Positions 23,380 through 32,405 of a DNA stretch of 64,000 nucleotides are shown here, piece by piece. Made by a program: the position numbers and the translations under genes. Each line of letters starts with the position of its first letter. The stretch's first letter is position 1. The notes under the pieces are model-generated. The model made no database searches. It was not told the origin of the DNA and worked only from the letters and a program-made list of their open reading frames with translations. This DNA is from an uncultured Gemmatimonadales bacterium (GTDB taxonomy: Bacteria; Gemmatimonadota; Gemmatimonadetes; Gemmatimonadales; GWC2-71-9). The stretch is taken from NCBI GenBank assembly GCA_963828735.1, contig CAWHFW010000002.1, positions 288,001-352,000 on the forward strand, written 5' to 3'.

Positions 23380-23407
23380 TTGACGCATCAACTTTTGTTG
23401 ATATTAT
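23380..23407 (+). promoter_or_regulatory. Sigma70 promoter of arsR with overlapping palindromic operator
   Basis: TTGACG-16-TATTAT; ATCAAC-TTTT-GTTGAT inverted repeat at 23387-23402. Confidence 0.7.
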
Positions 23408-23413
23408 TCCAGC

Positions 23414-23737
23414 ATGACCGCTCGCCTCGACCCCGACGCCGTGCGTGCCGTGCAGCTCTTCCACGCGCTCTCCGACCCGACGCGTCTCTCCGTCCTTCGG
23501 CGGCTTCGGTTCGGCGAGCAGTGCGTCTGCAACCTCACCGATGCGCTGGACGCGGCCCAGTCACGGCTTTCGTTCCATCTCAAGGTCCTGAAGGACGCCG
23601 GGCTCGTCGCCGATCGCCGCGAGGGACGCTGGATGTACTACACGCTGAATCCCGACGTCCTGGCCGAGATCGCGGACGCGGTCGAACTGCTGAGCTCGAC
23701 ACCGACGGCGGCGGAGCGACGTGCCGCCTGTTGTTGA
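23414..23737 (+). CDS. arsR: ArsR/SmtB transcriptional repressor
   Basis: ALSDPTRL, CVCNL, QSRLSFHLKVL, REGRWMYY, C-terminal CC. Confidence 0.93.
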   Translation: MTARLDPDAVRAVQLFHALSDPTRLSVLRRLRFGEQCVCNLTDALDAAQSRLSFHLKVLKDAGLVADRREGRWMYYTLNPDVLAEIADAVELLSSTPTAAERRAACC

Positions 23738-23740
23738 GCC

Positions 23741-23778
23741 TCAACTTTTTTTGACAAATGCATCAACCATTCTTGATG
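23741..23778 (+). promoter_or_regulatory. Two further TCAA-N6-TTGA operator-like sites before arsM
   Basis: TCAA-CTTTTT-TTGA 23741-23754; CATCAA-CCATTC-TTGATG 23761-23778; TTGACA at 23751. Confidence 0.6.
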
Positions 23779-23786
23779 AGGCACAG

Positions 23787-24614
23787 ATGAGCACAGAGGA
23801 TATCAGGACCACGGTCCGCGATCGCTATGGCAAGGCTGCCCTCGAGGTCGCGTCCGGAGCGAAGGCCGGGTGCTGCGGCGGGTCATGCGGGTCCTCGGGC
23901 GAGAATCCGATTACGTCCAATCTCTATTCCGAGGCTGAAACGGCCGTTCTCCCCGTCGAAGCGGTGCTCGCGTCCCTCGGCTGCGGGAATCCGACGGCTC
24001 TGGCCGACCTCCACGAGGGCAATGTAGTCCTGGACCTCGGCTCCGGCGGTGGGATCGACGTGCTGCTGTCGGCGCGCCGGGTTGGGCCCACGGGCAAGGC
24101 CTACGGACTGGACATGACGGACGAGATGCTCGCACTGGCTCGCGGGAATCAGCGGAAGGCAGGTGTCGAGAACGCGGAGTTTCTCAAGGGCGACATCGAA
24201 TCGATCCCCCTCCCCGATGCCTCCGTTGACGTCATCATTTCGAACTGTGTGGTCAATCTTTCGGCCGACAAGCGTAAGGTCATCACCGAAGCGTTTCGGG
24301 TGCTCAAGCCGGGCGGTCGGTTCGCGGTGTCCGACGTTGTGGTCAGAGGGGAGATGCCCGCCCTGGTCCGCACAAGCATGGAGCTGTGGGTCGGATGCGT
24401 CGCAGGTGCGCTGACCGAGGACGAGTTCCGGTCATTGCTCGAGGAAAGCGGCTTCACGGACATCGGCATCGAGCCGACGCGGATCTACGAGGTCGAGGAC
24501 GCGAGGGCGCTTCTCGAGGGCACCGGGTTCGAGACCGAAGTGCTCGCCCGCGAAGTGGGCGGCTGCGTCATGGGTGCGTTCATCCGCGCCCGGAAGCCCG
24601 CGCCGGCCGCGTGA
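23787..24614 (+). CDS. arsM: Arsenite S-adenosylmethionine methyltransferase
   Basis: [32 protein letters not shown]. Confidence 0.95.
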   Translation: MSTEDIRTTVRDRYGKAALEVASGAKAGCCGGSCGSSGENPITSNLYSEAETAVLPVEAVLASLGCGNPTALADLHEGNVVLDLGSGGGIDVLLSARRVGPTGKAYGLDMTDEMLALARGNQRKAGVENAEFLKGDIESIPLPDASVDVIISNCVVNLSADKRKVITEAFRVLKPGGRFAVSDVVVRGEMPALVRTSMELWVGCVAGALTEDEFRSLLEESGFTDIGIEPTRIYEVEDARALLEGTGFETEVLAREVGGCVMGAFIRARKPAPAA

Positions 24615-25078
24615 TGGGCACCGATCGGAGCGGGACCGGCGCGACCGTGCGCCCGGCCACGAGTGATGATTACGAGGCTGTCGCGGGGCTGCTCCGCGCC
24701 GCTCAGCTGCCGCTCGACGGCGTGCCCCGCATGCTCACCGACTTCTACGTTGCGGAAACCCGGGGCCGGGTGCTGGGCGCAATCGGCCTCGAGGTCTACG
24801 GCTCCGACGGCCTTCTCCGATCGGTGGTCGTCGAGGCGGCGGCGAGGAGCGCCGGCATCGGCGTCGCCCTGGTCGACTACGTCCTGGGCCAAGCCCGCCT
24901 CCGCGAGCTGAGAGCCGTCTACCTGCTCACGACCACGGCTGAGCGCTACTTCCCGCGCTTTGGCTTCGGCGCGATCGCGCGCGACGACGTGCCCCATCAC
25001 GTGAGCGCGTCCGTCGAGTTCCGCGAGGCCTGTCCCGCATCGGCGGTGGTGATGCGCAAGGTCCTGGCCCGGGAATAG
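24614..25078 (+). CDS. arsN2: ArsN2-family GNAT N-acetyltransferase
   Basis: LLRSVVV, YLLTTTAERYFPRFGF, EFREACPASAVVM; TGATG coupling to arsM. Confidence 0.8.
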   Translation: MGTDRSGTGATVRPATSDDYEAVAGLLRAAQLPLDGVPRMLTDFYVAETRGRVLGAIGLEVYGSDGLLRSVVVEAAARSAGIGVALVDYVLGQARLRELRAVYLLTTTAERYFPRFGFGAIARDDVPHHVSASVEFREACPASAVVMRKVLARE

Positions 25079-25103
25079 TCGCCCGCTCCCACCGGAGGGA
25101 GTT

Positions 25104-25595
25104 GTGCAGCCTCAGGACAAGGCGTACCGCGTGCTGTTCCTGTGTACGGGAAACTCTGCGCGCAGCCAGATGGCGGAGGCTGTCCTCAATCGGAAGGGAT
25201 TGGGGCGCTTCCGCGCCGAGAGCGCCGGCTCGAGCCCTGCGCCGCGGGTGAATCCCCACGCGATCCAGGCGCTCCGCGAGAGCGGTGTCGAATGGGCTGG
25301 CCACCCGCCGCGCGGACTCGCCGGCCTCGACCGCGAGCACTGGGATTTCGTGATCACTGTGTGCGATCGGGCCAAGGAGGCATGCCCGATCTTTCCTGGT
25401 CAGCCGGTGCTGGCGCATTGGGGCGTGTCCGACCCGGCGGACGTGAGAGGCGACGAAGCCACGAAACGAGCGGCATTCATCGACGCGCTCACGATAATCA
25501 GTCGGCGGATTGACCTGTTGCTCGCGCTCCCGGTCGAAAAGCTGGACCGCCTCATCGTGGAAGCGAAGGTCCGGGCCATCGGAATGTCGGAATAG
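25104..25595 (+). CDS. arsC: Arsenate reductase, LMW-PTP/thioredoxin type
   Basis: FLCTGNSARSQMAE, ITVCD..EACP, HWGVSDP. Confidence 0.92.
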   Translation: MQPQDKAYRVLFLCTGNSARSQMAEAVLNRKGLGRFRAESAGSSPAPRVNPHAIQALRESGVEWAGHPPRGLAGLDREHWDFVITVCDRAKEACPIFPGQPVLAHWGVSDPADVRGDEATKRAAFIDALTIISRRIDLLLALPVEKLDRLIVEAKVRAIGMSE

Positions 25596-25696
25596 GCGTC
25601 GTGTAGCAAATCAGCGAACGACTCATCGGCGTGCCTGGTGTGCTTGCTGGGCATCGCCGTGGGGTCGGGGGGCGATTCGTGGTAGGGTGGCCGGCG

Positions 25697-27616
25697 CTAC
25701 TTCCCGAGGCCACGATCCTGGATCGTCGGCGACAGGCGGCCGTCGCCGGCGGGGGCACGCTGGTCGGCCGCGAGCGGCAGGGAGACGACGAACGTGACCC
25801 CGCGCTCCGGGTTGTTCGTCGCCCATATGTGACCGCCGTGGGCTGTCAGGATCGAGCGACAGATCGCGAGTCCGAGCCCCAGCCCGTCGCGCTTCGTCGT
25901 CACGAACGGCTCGAAGACCCTCGCCAGCGCGTCCGGGGCGATGCCGCTGCCCCGATCGCGGACCTCGATGCGCGCGTCACCGTGCGTCGCGGTGGAGACG
26001 ACCAGCAGCCGCTCGCCGGGAGGCGTCACGCTCATCGCATCGCACGCGTTCATCACCAGGTTCAAGACCACCTGCTGCAACTGTACCCGGTCCGCGAGAA
26101 CCAAGGGCACGGGCTCGCACAAGCGGGTGCTGACGACCACGCCGCGATGCTGCAGATCGGTGCGCAACAATTCGAGCACCTGGTTGACGACGTCGTTCAC
26201 GGACAGGAGCTGTAGCTCGGTCCCGGTCTTCTTGACGAGGCTGCGCAGGTGGTCGATCACCTCCCCCGCGCGCCGGTCGTCCGCCGCGATGTCCTCGAGT
26301 ATCTCGCGCAACTCGGCCGTTGCGGCGCCGTCGGCTTTCAGCAGGTGCTGCGCGGCGCGCGCGTTCGTGAGGATCGCGGTGAGTGGCTGCTTCATCTCAT
26401 GCGCCAGCGTGGCCGACAGCTCGCCCAGTAGCGCGACGCGTCCCAGGTGGGCGAGCTCGAGGCGTTGCTCCGCCGCCCGCGCCTCGCTCTCCCCGAGCGC
26501 GGCCTGCGTCCGGCGCCGCGCGCGACGCTCGACCAGGAGCCAGAGGATCAGCGCCGATTGGAGCAGGAGCACGCCGAGGGTTGCCAGGACGGTAGTCCGG
26601 TAGCGCTCCCAGGGCGAGATGTCCCGGTACCGAACCACGGCACCGGCGGGCAGCCGGCGCTCGTCGATGCCCCAGCGTCTCAGCTCCCGCCAGTCGAACA
26701 TGTCGACGCTCGCCGGCAGCTCCACTGGCGGGACCGCCGAGGCCGGGGTGCCGGCGAGGAGCCGCAGCGCGAGGCGCGCCGCCGCCTCCCCATGGGCATC
26801 GAGGCTGTACAGGTGCCCTCCGACGATGCCGCGACCCAGATACTGGTCGAGAAATGCGTAGACCGGCGCGTTGGCCGTGCGCGCGATCTGCTCGACAACC
26901 TCGTGCGGGACGAATGGCCTGCCGGTGCCGTCGGCGAACATCGTGGAGTACAGCACGACCGTCCGCGGCGGAAGGTGCGCGAGCGTGTCCAGGAGATCGG
27001 GCCACGGCAGCCCGACCAGGTACTTGATCGGGGCCTGGCGCGGAACCGCCCGAAACTCCGCTTTTGCTTGATCGACGAGCCTGTGGTCGAAGTCCGAGCT
27101 TCCCGCGACGACCACCACGTCCTGGGTGCCGGGATGCAGTCTGAGCGCCAGCTCGAGCGTCGGCGCGAACTCGCGCTTGAGGAGCACGCCGGTGACGTTG
27201 GCAGGGAGCCGTCGGGCGCCGAGATCTCGCCTGTCGATCCCGCAGAAGACGACCGACGCACCGGGATATACCTCGGAGCCGTAGGCAAGCATAAAGTCGA
27301 GCGCCGGCCCCAACGCGGCGATGACGACGTCGATCCGCTTGTCCGCGTACTTCTCGCGAAGGTAGTCCTTGAGGAGGAGCGGGTAGCCGTCCGACTGAAA
27401 CCGGGAAAGGTCCATCGCCTCGCGATACACCTCGACTCCCGGAACTCCCGCCCTCAACGTCCGAACCAGACGCGCGTCGAGAATGGCCAGCCCTGGCAGC
27501 TCGGTACGCTCGTCGTACAGCAGCACGACGCGGCGCACCTGCGCCGCCGCGGGCGCGGGGAGGATCACGAACAACAGCAGCAGGCACGCGAGGCCCCGGT
27601 GGAAGGAGCAGCTCAT
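25697..27616 (-). CDS. Sensor histidine kinase with periplasmic-binding-protein-like input domain
   Basis: Signal/TM, large extracytoplasmic domain, TM, AHEMKQP H-box, NLVMNA, DRGSG, FVTTK, GLGLGL. Confidence 0.9.
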   Translation of the reverse strand: MSCSFHRGLACLLLLFVILPAPAAAQVRRVVLLYDERTELPGLAILDARLVRTLRAGVPGVEVYREAMDLSRFQSDGYPLLLKDYLREKYADKRIDVVIAALGPALDFMLAYGSEVYPGASVVFCGIDRRDLGARRLPANVTGVLLKREFAPTLELALRLHPGTQDVVVVAGSSDFDHRLVDQAKAEFRAVPRQAPIKYLVGLPWPDLLDTLAHLPPRTVVLYSTMFADGTGRPFVPHEVVEQIARTANAPVYAFLDQYLGRGIVGGHLYSLDAHGEAAARLALRLLAGTPASAVPPVELPASVDMFDWRELRRWGIDERRLPAGAVVRYRDISPWERYRTTVLATLGVLLLQSALILWLLVERRARRRTQAALGESEARAAEQRLELAHLGRVALLGELSATLAHEMKQPLTAILTNARAAQHLLKADGAATAELREILEDIAADDRRAGEVIDHLRSLVKKTGTELQLLSVNDVVNQVLELLRTDLQHRGVVVSTRLCEPVPLVLADRVQLQQVVLNLVMNACDAMSVTPPGERLLVVSTATHGDARIEVRDRGSGIAPDALARVFEPFVTTKRDGLGLGLAICRSILTAHGGHIWATNNPERGVTFVVSLPLAADQRAPAGDGRLSPTIQDRGLGK

Positions 27617-27830
27617 GAGCTCAACCTACGCATCGACCAACTCGCCGCCGCCCTTCTCGTTGTCCTCTCTACGCACGGCAAAGAGCCCGGGAAACTTTCC
27701 CGGCAAAGTATGATCTCCTGGGGGCAACCTGCCAAGACGGCTCGCAGAACTGCCGCGGCACCAACGGATAAGAGTGGAAGTGTGCCGCGGAGCCTGGGTA
27801 AGGAAGAATGGGCAAAGGACCGTCAGCATT

Positions 27831-27905
27831 CAGGCTTGGTCGCCGAAAAGTTGAAGGCAGCGGTTCAGGTCCGCAGAAGTCCGCTGGGTTCGAGCGCATT
27901 GCTTG
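27831..27905 (+). pseudogene. Degenerate tRNA-Ser-like copy
   Basis: 29/35 identity to the 5' part of the adjacent tRNA-Ser(TGA); D-stem GCC/GGC, GCGG/CCGC stem and GGTTCGA retained. Confidence 0.55.
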
Positions 27906-27940
27906 CGGAAGGCATTCATCCCCATCAACTTACACGCTCA

Positions 27941-28027
27941 GGCGTGGTGGCCGAGTGGTTTAAGGCAGCGGTCTTGAAAACCGCCAAGGGGGAAACTCCT
28001 TCGTGAGTTCGAATCTCACCCACGCCG
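27941..28027 (+). tRNA. tRNA-Ser (anticodon TGA)
   Basis: GGCGTGG/CCACGCC acceptor, GCGGT-CTTGAAA-ACCGC, long variable arm, GTTCGAATC; CCA not encoded. Confidence 0.96.
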
Positions 28028-28056
28028 CTGATTTCACAGCCTCGGAGTATTCTACG

Positions 28057-28479
28057 ATGTCCACCACCCTCGGATCGACGCGTTCCCCCGCCCTCGGATC
28101 CTTCGGCCCGACCGCCCATGCCGCACTCCGGATCGGCGCCGGGCTTCTGTTCATGCAGCACGGCCTTCAGAAACTGTTTGGGTTCTTTGGTGGAGTGGGG
28201 CCGAACGGTGCAACCGTTCACCTTCTTTCACAGTTCGGCCTGGCGGGGGTGCTGGAGACCTTCGGAGGGCTGCTGATGGTGCTTGGACTGTTCGCGCGTC
28301 CGGTGGCGCTGGTGCTGGCGCTCGAGATGCTGGTGGCGTTCTTCCAGTTTCACTTTCCGCAGGGTGGGGCACCAATCCAGAACCGAGGCGAATTGCCTCT
28401 GCTCTTCATGTTCACTTGGCTCTTTTTCGCGGGGAATGGGGCGGGACTTGCCAGCCTCGACCGGCGCCGCGCACGCTAA
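28057..28479 (+). CDS. DoxX family membrane protein
   Basis: LRIGAGLLFMQHGLQKLFG, ETFGG..LGLFAR, GAGLASLD. Confidence 0.9.
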   Translation: MSTTLGSTRSPALGSFGPTAHAALRIGAGLLFMQHGLQKLFGFFGGVGPNGATVHLLSQFGLAGVLETFGGLLMVLGLFARPVALVLALEMLVAFFQFHFPQGGAPIQNRGELPLLFMFTWLFFAGNGAGLASLDRRRAR

Positions 28480-28563
28480 GCTACGCTCAGCGCCAAACTC
28501 GGGCCCCCACCCACGCCCACTTCGCGCCTCGGCCACCGCCGCAGGCTCCCGCGTGACCCTGGC

Positions 28564-30516
28564 TCAACCGGCCCGCTCCAGGACTACGTGTGAACGCTTC
28601 TCGGCGATCTCGGCCTCGAGGTCCATCGTCGACCGGCCGCACACGTAGCGCCTATACCAGACCTCCGCGCTCAGCAGGAGCCAGATCCGGCTCCCGTGGT
28701 CCCGGCGACGGGCTAGATGTTCCTCTACCAGCTGACGAACCGTCCCACCTTCGAGGTACCCGTCGCGCACGAGATCGCTATTAAGGAGCAGTGTTGGAGC
28801 CAGCGAGCGGACCTCGTCTTCCATGATGTACATGAGCGGGGACGCGAAGCCCTGCTTCTGGCGCTCCAGCACCTCGCGCGGCAGATAGCGCTCACCGAGC
28901 CGGCGCTCGAGGTGCCGCAGGTGTCTCGGCCCGCGCACCTTGAGCTTGACGGGAACCCGCGCCATGAACTCCGCAAAGCGCGGATCCAGGAACGGCGAGC
29001 GCGATTCGAGGCTGTAGGCCATGGTCGCGCGGTCCAGGATCATGAGCGACTGGCCGGGCAGACGAGACATCACGTCCACGTACATCATCCGGTCCACCGG
29101 CTCGGTGGCGTTCGGCGTGTTGTACAGGTCGAGGACGCACGCCTCCGGTCGCCGCCCACTGAGGCGGGCGCGGAAGCCAGGCGTATACAGCTCGGCGCGG
29201 TGGGCCTCGTTGAACCAGAAGTACTGCATGCTGGCGGCGTAGCGCTCGCCGCCCGTCTTCCGGGCCATCTGATCCACCCACCGGAGCTTGTGCGTGAAGC
29301 TCTTGAAGGTGAACTGGTCGGGCAGGCGGTGCAGCACGTGGTTGGTGACCAGGTTGCGGACGGCCTCCGGCACCATCCGGTAGGCATCGAGCCAGCGATC
29401 GGCCGCGTAGCGGTCGTAGCCGCCGAACAACTCGTCGCCGCCGTCGCCGCCCAGGACGACCTTCACCTCGCGCGCGGTCATGCGGGCGAGGTGGAGAAGG
29501 CAGATCGAGAGCGGATCCGCGGGCTCGTCGAGCGCGGAGATCAGTCTTGGCAGGTCGTTCCCGACCGTCGGCATTACCTCCTCGGCGAAGTGCCGGCTGC
29601 CGTATCGACGAGCCACGGTGGCCGCGGCGGGGAGCTCGTTCAGGTCCCGATAGGGAATGCCCATCGAGAAGGTGCGAAGCTCCGGGCCGAGGACCTTGGC
29701 GGCGTAGGAGACGATCAGGGTCGAGTCGAGCCCGCCGCTCAGGAACGCCCCCACCGGCACGTCCCCTGTCAGGTGCAGCCGCACGGTTTCGGAGAGCAGC
29801 TCGTCGATCCGCTCCAGGGTCTCGGCCTCGGAGAACGTCCATTTGGGGCCGTATTCCAGATCCCAGTACCGCTCGGTGTGGGCGACCCCGTTCTCCCAGA
29901 TGAGGAAGTGCGCCGGGGGCAGCGCGCGAACCCCTTCGAAGAACGTGTCGGGCGCTTGGACGAACCGGAGGGTGAGGTACTGGTCGAGCGCGACGGGAGA
30001 CAGCGCGCTCAGCGTGGGATCGCTCGCGAGGAGCGCCTTGATCTCAGAGGCGAACGTCAGCCGTCCGCCGCGCTCGGTGTAGAACAGCGGCTTCTGACCG
30101 AAGTGGTCGCGGGCGACGAACAGCCGGCGCCGGCGACGATCCCAGATGGCGAAGGCGAACATGCCCCGGAGCCGTTGCAGCATCCGCTCGCCATGGTCCT
30201 CGTACAGGTGAACCAGGACCTCGGTGTCGGTCCGCGTGCGGAATCGATGTCCGCGTGCGATCAGGTCCTTCCGCAGCTCCTCGTGGTTGTAGATCTCGCC
30301 GTTGAACACGACCTGCAGGTCCCCGTCCTCGTTCGCGATCGGCTGGTGCCCGCCGGCGAGGTCGATAATGCTCAGGCGTCGTATGCCGAGGCCAACGCCG
30401 TCCTCGACGAAGGTGCCCCAGTCGTCGGGCCCCCGGTGCCGGATGGCGTCGCACATCCGCCAGATCTCCTCCTCCAAGACTGGCCGCGCGCCGGCGATGC
30501 CTACGATTCCACACAT
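28564..30516 (-). CDS. asnB: Asparagine synthase (glutamine-hydrolysing)-family amidotransferase
   Basis: MCGI, HRGPD, NGEIYN, FLSGGLDS, GDGGDELFGGY, KQGF; lies in a glycan operon. Confidence 0.9.
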   Translation of the reverse strand: MCGIVGIAGARPVLEEEIWRMCDAIRHRGPDDWGTFVEDGVGLGIRRLSIIDLAGGHQPIANEDGDLQVVFNGEIYNHEELRKDLIARGHRFRTRTDTEVLVHLYEDHGERMLQRLRGMFAFAIWDRRRRRLFVARDHFGQKPLFYTERGGRLTFASEIKALLASDPTLSALSPVALDQYLTLRFVQAPDTFFEGVRALPPAHFLIWENGVAHTERYWDLEYGPKWTFSEAETLERIDELLSETVRLHLTGDVPVGAFLSGGLDSTLIVSYAAKVLGPELRTFSMGIPYRDLNELPAAATVARRYGSRHFAEEVMPTVGNDLPRLISALDEPADPLSICLLHLARMTAREVKVVLGGDGGDELFGGYDRYAADRWLDAYRMVPEAVRNLVTNHVLHRLPDQFTFKSFTHKLRWVDQMARKTGGERYAASMQYFWFNEAHRAELYTPGFRARLSGRRPEACVLDLYNTPNATEPVDRMMYVDVMSRLPGQSLMILDRATMAYSLESRSPFLDPRFAEFMARVPVKLKVRGPRHLRHLERRLGERYLPREVLERQKQGFASPLMYIMEDEVRSLAPTLLLNSDLVRDGYLEGGTVRQLVEEHLARRRDHGSRIWLLLSAEVWYRRYVCGRSTMDLEAEIAEKRSHVVLERAG

Positions 30517-30517
30517 T

Positions 30518-31324
30518 TCAGGCGGCCTTCTTCCCCCAGGCGACCATCATGTATCCCTCGGAGAACGGAATGAGCTGGTCGAGCATGGTCCACGCCCGCA
30601 ACGCGGGGTAGACAGCGGAATATACCTTGTACGCAGTGCCGACCTTGTTGAGGGCTTCGGCCGACATCGGCGCCGTGTCACCGTGGAAATCCTGCTCCTT
30701 CGTCTTCTTTCCCTTCATCGCTTTTCGGTGATACGCGAAGTTGAGCATGTCCTCCAGCGACTCCGTGAAGAAGCGGCAATAGCTGGTCTGCCCCTGGACC
30801 CGGAGACCATGTCGCTCCATCAAGGCCCGGCCGGCCGCGAGCGGATAGCCGTCTCGCGCATGACCGAATCCTTCCTGGTCGGCCGTAAAGCCAAGCAGGC
30901 GCTTGATGGCGAACCCGGGCCGTCCGTGGTCCCCCTTCGGCGCCATGAACAGGAAATCACCGCCGGGCTTGAGCACCCGCACCATCTCGGCGAAGAATGT
31001 CTCGTCGTCCTCGATGTGCTCGAGAAAATTAATCGCCGCCACGAGATCGAAGGTGCCCGACTTGAACGGTACCGTTCGGTCGTCGATCTGGAGTACCCGG
31101 TCGCCGACCAGCTGCTTGGCCGACCGGACGTGGTCGCGCTCGAAGTCGGCGCTGGTCCAGGTCCCGCCGCGCTCCCGGAGGAAGTGCGAGGTGAGGCCCG
31201 TTCCGCAGCCGACCTCGAGGCAGACCCGCCCCTGCACCGAGGGAAGGTGGCTCAGCATCGCGTCCACGGTCTGACGCTTCTTCAGCGAACGGCGGAAGAG
31301 CTGCAGTTGCCAGGGCTCGGTCAA
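30518..31324 (-). CDS. Class I SAM-dependent methyltransferase
   Basis: LEVGCGTG, LEHIEDD, RVLKPGG; TTG start after GGAG (start uncertain). Confidence 0.85.
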   Translation of the reverse strand: MTEPWQLQLFRRSLKKRQTVDAMLSHLPSVQGRVCLEVGCGTGLTSHFLRERGGTWTSADFERDHVRSAKQLVGDRVLQIDDRTVPFKSGTFDLVAAINFLEHIEDDETFFAEMVRVLKPGGDFLFMAPKGDHGRPGFAIKRLLGFTADQEGFGHARDGYPLAAGRALMERHGLRVQGQTSYCRFFTESLEDMLNFAYHRKAMKGKKTKEQDFHGDTAPMSAEALNKVGTAYKVYSAVYPALRAWTMLDQLIPFSEGYMMVAWGKKAA

Positions 31325-31406
31325 GAGCGAAATCTCCACGAAAGTCTGTGCATGATAGTGTGTTACCAATGCGCGATCCGTGACGAATGACCGTCGCCGT
31401 CCACGT

Positions 31407-32405
31407 CTAGGCGACTTCGCCCGCCCCGCGGTACGCCTCGTAGGTGCGACGGACCCCGTCGGCGAGGTCGACCTGAGGTGACCAGCCGAGCAGGTGCCGC
31501 GCCCGCGAGGTATCGAAGGCCGAATCACTGGTGAAGAAGTCCATCCTTCGCCGGTAGATCGGCGGATCGACCTTGATCGCCTGGCAGAGGTCCTCGACGA
31601 CCGCCGCCGCCCCCAGCATGGGGGCGAGCGGCAGCCGCCAGCCGAACCTCGAGCTTCCCGTGGCCTGGCGCACCGTCTCGATCAGCTCGCGGAGCGTGCA
31701 CGGCCGGGGGCCCGCCACGATCATCCCTTCGCCGACCGCCTCCGATCGCTCGCAGGCCGCGAAGAACGCCGACACGACGTCGTCCACGAACACCATGTGG
31801 CGCCGTCCAGAGCCGTCGCCGAAGAGCGGGAATCGCCCCCGGCTCACGCCCTTGAACAGCTTCAGCAGCCGCTGGTCCCGCGGGCCATACACGTCGGCGG
31901 GCCGCAGGATGCTGTACGGCACGCCCGTCTCCGGTGCGAGCTGCCGGACCATCCGCTCCGCGGACACCTTGGTGCGCTCGTAGATGTTTCCCGGACGCAG
32001 CGCGGCCTGCTCGGTGGTCACGCCGGCCGCCCGATGCCCGTAGATCCCGATCGTGCTGCAGTAGATGAAGCGCTCGACTTTCCCCGACCCGGCCGCCTCG
32101 AGCAGGCGGCGGGTGCCGTCGAGATTCACCGACTCGAAGAACTCGTCGCTCTTCCCGCCCTCGCGCATCGCGACGGCGAGATGGAAGACGTGCGTGGCGC
32201 CCCGCATGGCCCGCGCGCACAGCTCCGGGTCCGTAATGCTCCCCGGCAGGATCTCGACGCCCTGCCGGGCGAGCAGCGCCGCGTTCGCCTGTTCCTCGGG
32301 CCGGTCCGCCAGGCCGAGCACGACCACTTGCGCGCCCCGCCGCCGCCCGGCCTCGGCCAGGTGCGAGCCGATGAAGCCCGTTCCCCCGGTGACCAGCAGC
32401 CTCAT
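31407..32405 (-). CDS. NAD-dependent epimerase/dehydratase (extended SDR)
   Basis: TGGTGFIG, YERTK, VYGPRD. Confidence 0.92.
   Translation of the reverse strand: MRLLVTGGTGFIGSHLAEAGRRRGAQVVVLGLADRPEEQANAALLARQGVEILPGSITDPELCARAMRGATHVFHLAVAMREGGKSDEFFESVNLDGTRRLLEAAGSGKVERFIYCSTIGIYGHRAAGVTTEQAALRPGNIYERTKVSAERMVRQLAPETGVPYSILRPADVYGPRDQRLLKLFKGVSRGRFPLFGDGSGRRHMVFVDDVVSAFFAACERSEAVGEGMIVAGPRPCTLRELIETVRQATGSSRFGWRLPLAPMLGAAAVVEDLCQAIKVDPPIYRRRMDFFTSDSAFDTSRARHLLGWSPQVDLADGVRRTYEAYRGAGEVA

Noticed and set aside
27831..27905. tRNA-Sec (selC), suggested by TTCA in the loop and by selA in the window
   Set aside because: In a 7-nt loop the anticodon register is CAG. There is no long acceptor stem or variable arm, and the sequence derives from the neighbouring tRNA-Ser.
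28564..30516. Lasso peptide cyclase
   Set aside because: Full MCGI glutaminase domain, no B1/B2 or precursor genes, and sugar-enzyme context.
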